DNA from: Flavobacteriales bacterium
GTDB lineage: Bacteria > Bacteroidota > Bacteroidia > Flavobacteriales > TMED113
Direction: 5' to 3'
Length of the DNA stretch: 52,143 bases
Assembly (NCBI GenBank): GCA_002722215.1
Contig: PBKX01000022.1
Span: forward strand, 6,815 to 58,957
In this document: piece after piece, positions 46,885-52,143 of the stretch
Layout: the number at the start of each line of letters is the position of its first letter
Numbering within the stretch: the stretch's first letter is position 1
Position numbers and translations under genes: made by a program
The notes under the pieces: model-generated
Told to the model about the DNA's origin: nothing
Database searches by the model: none
Seen by the model: the letters and a program-made list of their open reading frames with translations, nothing else

Positions 46885-47748
46885 ATGGAAACATCTGATC
46901 TATTAAAAAAGGTTCGAAAAATAGAAATTAAAACAAAAAAATTGACCAATAATTTATTTACGGGTCAATATCATAGTGCATTTAAGGGTAAAGGTATGTT
47001 ATTTAGTGAAGTTAGAAAATATGTGCCTGGTGATGATGTTCGTGATATTGATTGGAATGTGACAGCAAAGTTGTCGGAACCCTATATTAAGGTATTTGAA
47101 GAAGAGAGAGAGTTAACTATGATTTTAATGGTTGATCTTTCCGCTTCAGAATTGTTTGGGACATCTTCAGTTTTAAAAAAGGATGTGATTACTGAAATTT
47201 GTGCTGTTTTATCGTTCTCGGCTATGCAGAATAATGATAAGGTTGGTATATTATTTTTTACTGATCAAGTTGAATTATTTATTCCTCCTAAAAAAGGAAA
47301 AAAACATATATTAAGAATTATTAGAGAGTTAATTAAATTCAAGCCGACAGCGAAAAAAACCAATATTGCACAGGCGTGTGAATATTTAAATAATGTGGTG
47401 AAAAAAAAATCCATTATTTTTATAATATCAGATTTTCTTGATGATAATTTTTCTAATTCATTAAGCTTGATTTCAAAAAAACACGATTTAAATGGTATCC
47501 GTATTTTTGATGAATTCGAAAATAATATGTTTTCTTTTGGACTGACTTTGTTCTTTGATCCCGAGAGCGAGTCTTATCATTGGGTTGATACTTCTGATGC
47601 TATGGTTCGTAAAGGAATTCAGAAATTCTATCAAAATAAATCAATTTATTTTCGTAAATCATTTTTAAAAACCGGAGCTTCTATTGTAGATATTTCTACA
47701 AAGGATTCTTATGTTGTTAAATTATTAGAATTGTTTAAAAATAAATGA
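46885..47748 (+). CDS. DUF58-family protein (MoxR partner, VWA-like)
   Basis: FKGKGMLFSEVRKYVPGDDVRDIDWNVTAK signature. Starts immediately after the moxR stop. Confidence 0.85.
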   Translation: METSDLLKKVRKIEIKTKKLTNNLFTGQYHSAFKGKGMLFSEVRKYVPGDDVRDIDWNVTAKLSEPYIKVFEEERELTMILMVDLSASELFGTSSVLKKDVITEICAVLSFSAMQNNDKVGILFFTDQVELFIPPKKGKKHILRIIRELIKFKPTAKKTNIAQACEYLNNVVKKKSIIFIISDFLDDNFSNSLSLISKKHDLNGIRIFDEFENNMFSFGLTLFFDPESESYHWVDTSDAMVRKGIQKFYQNKSIYFRKSFLKTGASIVDISTKDSYVVKLLELFKNK

Positions 47749-48656
47749 GATATATATATATATTCTTTTTTTCTTTATCTGTTTTTTCTCAAAATGTCAT
47801 AGTAGAGGTAGATACTAATTATTTAAGAATAGGAGAGCAATTTAATTTAAAATTGAAGGTCTATGGACTAGATAAAGATAAGATTGTTTGGCCTGATTCT
47901 TCTTTTTTTTCTAAGGGTTTAGAGGTTATTGATCATTTCCCTGCTTCGCTACATGCTAAAGGTGATACATATAGCTATAAAAATTATCGTTTTACTTCCT
48001 TTGATACAGGTACTTTTTATATTGATAGTGTCCTTGTAACAAGCATGTTAAATGATAGTTTATTTTCAAATACTTTACAAATTAATTTTCTATCGACTCC
48101 CATTGATACAACTAATCAATTTTTTGATATTAAACCACCTAAAAAGATTCCATTTTTAGTAACAGAATTGTTGATTTATGCTCCCTATTTATTGTTGTTT
48201 ATATTTATTATTCTATGTCTCTTTTTGCTCAATAAGTATTTAAAATCAAAAACAACAATTGATAAACCTATTTTAGAGCCTTCAATACCAATAGATTTAT
48301 ATTTTTTAAATAAAATCATTGAACTTGAGAAAAACAATTATTTAGACGCTAAAAAATATAAAGACTTCTATACTGAATTGTCAGAAATATTTAGGGGTTA
48401 TTTAGAATTGAGATTTCAGATTCCTGCTCTAGAATCTAGTACGCATGAATTAAAAGGTTTATTACATAATTTAAAAATTTCAGAAAATTGGCTAAATCCT
48501 TTTTTTAGAAATAATGATATTGTTAAGTTTGCAAAAGGAATTCCATCTGATGATGATAGTCGTTTGTTTTTAAATAATGTTCGCGATTTTATAAAAAAAT
48601 TTGGAGTTTCTGATATGGATGTTTTATGTGAAGATCAAACAATAAATAATAGTTAA
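47745..48656 (+). CDS. Bat-operon membrane protein (BatD-like N-domain, TM helix, DUF4381-like C-domain)
   Basis: Signal peptide, beta-rich N-domain, one TM helix (LLIYAPYLLLFIFIILCLFLL) and a helical C-domain ending NDIVKFAKG. Position matches the unnamed ORF upstream of batA. Confidence 0.5.
   Translation: MRYIYIFFFSLSVFSQNVIVEVDTNYLRIGEQFNLKLKVYGLDKDKIVWPDSSFFSKGLEVIDHFPASLHAKGDTYSYKNYRFTSFDTGTFYIDSVLVTSMLNDSLFSNTLQINFLSTPIDTTNQFFDIKPPKKIPFLVTELLIYAPYLLLFIFIILCLFLLNKYLKSKTTIDKPILEPSIPIDLYFLNKIIELEKNNYLDAKKYKDFYTELSEIFRGYLELRFQIPALESSTHELKGLLHNLKISENWLNPFFRNNDIVKFAKGIPSDDDSRLFLNNVRDFIKKFGVSDMDVLCEDQTINNS
47750..47763 (+). repeat. (AT)7 dinucleotide microsatellite at the 5' end of a Bat-operon CDS
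   Basis: atatatatatatat, directly after the ATGA stop/start overlap at 47745-47748. Encodes R-Y-I-Y-I. Confidence 0.9.
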
Positions 48657-48658
48657 TT

Positions 48659-49615
48659 ATGAATTTTTTACATCCATTTTTTTTCTGGTTATTTATTTTA
48701 ATACCGTTATTATGTACTTATTACTTTTTTAGAAATAAAAAAAATGTTTCTAGTATTCTATTTTCTTTGCCCATTTCTTTCTCCCATGGTCTTAAAGCTC
48801 AATTATATCCAATTTTATTTATTCTGCGTCTATTGTCTATTGCTTTTATAATAATTGCTTTAGCTCGGCCTCAAACAACAGAAGTTAGTTCAGACACTTT
48901 AAAGAAAGAAGGAATTGATATTATGATCGCTATGGATATATCTAGTAGTATGTTAGCACAAGATTTTTACCCAGATAGACTAGAGGCGGCAAAAGAATTG
49001 GCAATTGAATTTATAAAGAGAAGAAAAAATGATCGTATTGGATTAGTAACATATTCCGCTGTTAGCTTCACTCAATGTCCACTTACTACGGATCATGATA
49101 TTTTAATTAACATGATGAAAAAAGTAAAAACAGGCGTTTTAACAGATGGGACAGCAATTGGTGTAGGGTTAGCAAATTGTATAAATCGACTTAAAGAAAG
49201 TAAGGCCGAAAGTAAAATTATTATTTTACTTACAGATGGTGAAAATAATAGTGGAGTAATTGATCCAATTAGTGCAGCTAATATGGCACGAGAATTTAAT
49301 ATAAAAACTTATACTATAGGTGTTGGCTCATATGGTACAGCTCCATATCCCGGAGGGTATAGTGTGCGTTCTAGTATTGATGAAGATCTTTTGTCATTAG
49401 TTTCAGACACTACTGGGGGTGTATATTTTAGAGCTGATAAAAAAAGTGAGCTAGCAAGGGTATATGAGGAAATTGAATTGTTGGAAAAAACAGAGATAGA
49501 GGAAATAAAATTTTATAATATAACTGAACAATATTTTATATTTTGTTTGTTGGCATTTATCTTTTTTATGATTGAGATTTTACTGGATTATACTGTATTT
49601 AGAAAAATTATATAA
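48659..49615 (+). CDS. batA: VWA-domain aerotolerance protein BatA
   Basis: N-terminal TM helices, MIDAS DISSSM and a C-terminal TM helix. Operon context supports the call. Confidence 0.85.
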   Translation: MNFLHPFFFWLFILIPLLCTYYFFRNKKNVSSILFSLPISFSHGLKAQLYPILFILRLLSIAFIIIALARPQTTEVSSDTLKKEGIDIMIAMDISSSMLAQDFYPDRLEAAKELAIEFIKRRKNDRIGLVTYSAVSFTQCPLTTDHDILINMMKKVKTGVLTDGTAIGVGLANCINRLKESKAESKIIILLTDGENNSGVIDPISAANMAREFNIKTYTIGVGSYGTAPYPGGYSVRSSIDEDLLSLVSDTTGGVYFRADKKSELARVYEEIELLEKTEIEEIKFYNITEQYFIFCLLAFIFFMIEILLDYTVFRKII

Positions 49616-50631
49616 TGGATTTTACAAGACCTGAATTATTAAAGCTTTTTTTTATTTTACCTGTCATTCTATTGGTTTTTTATATTTATTATCTATGGCA
49701 AAAAGATATTCTTGAAAAGAAATTTAATAAAATGACGTTTGATAAAATTAATCCTAATCATAGTGTGTTATTAAAATTAATTCACTTCTTGTTTAGAGTC
49801 ATTGCGCTTATCTTTCTGATTGTCGCTTTGGTTGGGCCAAGAATTGGAACTAAGCTCAAAATTGTTAATAGAGACGGTGTGGATGTTGTATTTGCGATAG
49901 ATGTCTCAAAAAGCATGTTGGTTGAGGATGTTGCTCCCAATAGAATTTTAAAAACTATTCAAATTGTGTCTAAATCTATAGATCGATTAGTTTCGGATAG
50001 AGTTGGTATGATAGTATATGCTGGGGAGGCGTATCCTTTGATGCCATTATCTTTTGATTATTCGATGGCCAAGTTATTGCTTAAAACAATAGATACAGAT
50101 ATTGTGCAAATGCAAGGTACTGATGTTGCTAGCGCGATATCTTTATCTAATTCCTTTTTTGATAAAGAAGAAAGAAGTAGTATTATATTTATTATTTCAG
50201 ATGGTGAAGACCATGAAGCGAATTATGAAGAAGAAATACAGATGTTGTCAAAAAAGAATACTATTGTTTGTGCCATCAATATTGGAACTGAATCGGGGGG
50301 GCCAATACCGATTAAAAAAGGGGGAGTGGTTAATTATAAAAAAGATCAAAAAGGAGATGTGGTTATTTCTAAATCAGATTCAAAATCTTTGCGAGAAATT
50401 GCTTCATCTTCAAATGGCTCTTTTATAAAGACTCAAAACACAAATGATGCAATAGATTTTATTTTTAATAATATGATGGGGTTAGATAAAAGCTCGGAAG
50501 AAGAAGAAGTGTATTCAGATTATGAAGATCAATTTCAATGGTTTTTAGGATTTGCGTTATTGTTTATTCTAATAGACTTGATATTAACTCAAAAGAAAAC
50601 TAATTTTATTCGACAAATAGTTAAAAAATGA
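49615..50631 (+). CDS. batB: VWA-domain aerotolerance protein BatB
   Basis: TM helices, MIDAS DVSKSM, SDGEDHE and a C-terminal TM helix. Confidence 0.85.
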   Translation: MDFTRPELLKLFFILPVILLVFYIYYLWQKDILEKKFNKMTFDKINPNHSVLLKLIHFLFRVIALIFLIVALVGPRIGTKLKIVNRDGVDVVFAIDVSKSMLVEDVAPNRILKTIQIVSKSIDRLVSDRVGMIVYAGEAYPLMPLSFDYSMAKLLLKTIDTDIVQMQGTDVASAISLSNSFFDKEERSSIIFIISDGEDHEANYEEEIQMLSKKNTIVCAINIGTESGGPIPIKKGGVVNYKKDQKGDVVISKSDSKSLREIASSSNGSFIKTQNTNDAIDFIFNNMMGLDKSSEEEEVYSDYEDQFQWFLGFALLFILIDLILTQKKTNFIRQIVKK

Positions 50632-51383
50632 TTACTAGATCGCTATTATTATTATGTTTTTTGTTTAATATCTCTTTTGCACAGAATGAAAGAGGTGTCG
50701 CCAGAATAGGTAATAAAAATTATGAGAAGGGTCTTTTTTCAGAATCAGAGGTTGCTTATAAAAAAGCATTATCTGAAAAAAATAAATTTGAAGAAGCTCA
50801 ATTTAATTTGTCGGATGCTTTGTTTAAACAAGAAAGATATGATGAGTCTATTAATATTTTAAATAATTTAATTTCTAATACCGAAGATGCTGAGATTAAA
50901 TCAGACTCATATTATAATTTAGGTAATAATTTTTTACAACAGCAAAAATTTGAAGAAGCGGCTAAGTCTTATAAAAATTGTTTGCGACTGAATCCGTCAG
51001 ATGAGGAAGCTCGCTATAACTTAGCTAAAACATTATCTCTACTCAATAAGGAACAGCAACAAGAGAATAATCAAAATCAAGAGGATAATCAAGAGGATAA
51101 TCAAGAGAAGCAGGATCAAAACTCTGGAGAAACAGATGGTCAAGATGACGAGAATAATCAAGATGATTCTAGTTCTAATAATAACGGGAATCAACAGGGT
51201 CAAGAAGGTGATGAGAATAAAGAAAGTCAAAATGAAGAGTCAGATTTAAGTGGAGAAGATTTGTCTAGGCAAGAGATGGAAAGAATTTTAGATGCTTTAG
51301 AGCGGGAAGAGCAAAAAGTTCAAGAAGAAATGAAAAAAGTGAAGGTAAAAAGTAAGAATAGAACAATAGAAAAAGATTGGTAG
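50628..51383 (+). CDS. batC: TPR-repeat aerotolerance protein BatC with an acidic low-complexity tail
   Basis: Signal peptide, TPR repeats, then a Gln/Asn/Asp/Glu-rich tail (NQEDNQEDNQEK...). Confidence 0.75.
   Translation: MITRSLLLLCFLFNISFAQNERGVARIGNKNYEKGLFSESEVAYKKALSEKNKFEEAQFNLSDALFKQERYDESINILNNLISNTEDAEIKSDSYYNLGNNFLQQQKFEEAAKSYKNCLRLNPSDEEARYNLAKTLSLLNKEQQQENNQNQEDNQEDNQEKQDQNSGETDGQDDENNQDDSSSNNNGNQQGQEGDENKESQNEESDLSGEDLSRQEMERILDALEREEQKVQEEMKKVKVKSKNRTIEKDW
51075..51110 (+). repeat. 12-nt tandem repeat (aatcaagaggat x2 plus one degenerate copy) in the batC tail
   Basis: 51075-51086 and 51087-51098 are identical. 51099-51110 differs at 2 positions. Encodes NQED NQED NQEK. Confidence 0.85.
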
Positions 51384-51385
51384 TT

Positions 51386-52143
51386 ATGAGATTATATGCT
51401 ATATCCATCTTTATGTTTTTAACTCAGGTGATTGTCTCACAAAATTTTGAAGTAAGTGTGAGTCAAAATAAAGTCGGTTTACATGAGACTTTTGAAATTT
51501 CATTTACTCTTGATGGTAGTGGTAAAAATTTTTCACCTCCGCCATTTTCAAATTTTCAAATTTTACGTGGTCCTAGTAAATCTAGCAGCACCTCTATTGT
51601 CAATGGAAGTATGAGTCAAGAACTTACTTATACTTATGTTTTAAAGCCTAAAAAGGTTGGTGTTTTTACGATTTTACCAGCGTCTATTAAATCAAAAGGT
51701 AAGACTATAGGGACCAAACCAATTACTGTACAGGTTCAAAAGCAGAGTGCTCCCAAAAAGCCCAATACTCCTTACAATATAGCATCTAGGAAAGTTCATT
51801 TGAATGTGACAGCTAATAAATCAACTTGTTATGTTGGGGAGCCTATTGTCCTGACCTATACATTGTACTTTAATTTGAATGTTGGAAGCTTGTCTCCAAA
51901 TTCAATGAAGTATACTAATTTTTGGGCTAATGAATTAGAAGTTAATAGTGAGACAATAAAGCGTGTTTATAAGGGACAAAATTATAATTCGGCTATTATT
52001 AAACAAGTTGCTTTGACTCCCCAGGAATCTGGTTCTCAAAGTATAGATCCGTTAAGTATTAATTTAGTGGTGAGTGTTCCAACTGGTAGACGTGATTTTT
52101 TTAATATGATGACAAGTCAAAATATTGATTATACTGTAGTAGC
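51386..52143 (+). CDS. batD: BatD-like oxygen-tolerance protein (5' part only, truncated by the window end)
   Basis: Not in the ORF track. ATG at 51386 opens a frame with no stop through 52143. My translation is MRLYAISIFMFLTQVIVSQNFEVSVSQNKVGLHETFEISFTL..FQILRGPSKSSSTSIVNG..KKVGVFTILPASI, which is BatD-like. Confidence 0.75.
   Translation, partial: MRLYAISIFMFLTQVIVSQNFEVSVSQNKVGLHETFEISFTLDGSGKNFSPPPFSNFQILRGPSKSSSTSIVNGSMSQELTYTYVLKPKKVGVFTILPASIKSKGKTIGTKPITVQVQKQSAPKKPNTPYNIASRKVHLNVTANKSTCYVGEPIVLTYTLYFNLNVGSLSPNSMKYTNFWANELEVNSETIKRVYKGQNYNSAIIKQVALTPQESGSQSIDPLSINLVVSVPTGRRDFFNMMTSQNIDYTVV

Noticed and set aside
50102-50428. 108-aa alternative-frame plus-strand ORF inside batB
   Set aside because: The batB frame carries the VWA MIDAS motif and TM helices. 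The alternative frame is Lys/Leu-rich noise.
1-52143. Searched for CRISPR arrays, IS elements or transposases, integrases, toxin-antitoxin pairs, restriction-modification or other defence cassettes, rRNA and tRNA genes
   Set aside because: No direct-repeat/spacer array was found and no ORF has transposase, integrase or nuclease-helicase defence signatures. No spacer is long enough (maximum 197 nt) to hold an rRNA. No tRNA-like sequence was noticed, but a tRNAscan or Infernal run would be needed to be certain.

Overview
This is an AT-rich, very gene-dense chromosomal segment. By the ORF coordinates only about 1.3 kb of 52.1 kb lies outside my CDS calls, so it is roughly 97% coding, with many 4-23 nt gene overlaps. 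It looks like a streamlined member of Bacteroidota/Flavobacteriia. Lineage clues: T9SS-type C-terminal tails, a MoxR-DUF58-BatABCD aerotolerance operon, a DUF4249-like lipoprotein, a TonB-dependent receptor with a CarboxypepD_reg-like N-terminus, TAnnTTTG -7 promoter boxes and no Shine-Dalgarno motifs. I call 51 protein genes, the last one truncated by the window end. Most are housekeeping: lgt, mtaB, pdxH, fmt, queE, ribH, recF, ndk, uvrA, rfbC, panB, dnaK, dnaA, ribD, prmC, ligA, dapA. I found no rRNA, tRNA, CRISPR array, transposase, integrase or prophage block, and no intergenic gap exceeds 197 nt. dnaA sits where a 17-gene minus-strand block (18.6-35.2 kb) gives way to a plus-strand block (41.4-52.1 kb), so the replication origin may be nearby, but no good DnaA-box cluster is visible. 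The only accessory-looking stretch is 17.3-24.4 kb: a SusD-less TonB-dependent receptor, two overlapping secreted proteins with homologous C-terminal sorting tails, and a convergent PhoD-like gene. Two of these proteins appear to have lost their catalytic or metal-binding residues. This is my best candidate for something undescribed, possibly a surface capture module built from pseudoenzymes, but that is motif-level inference and needs alignments. Smaller observations: a cyclophilin-FKBP fusion next to a GldI-like FKBP lipoprotein, possible leaderless promoters, a 32-aa insertion in LigA, and short slippage-prone repeats inside CDSs.
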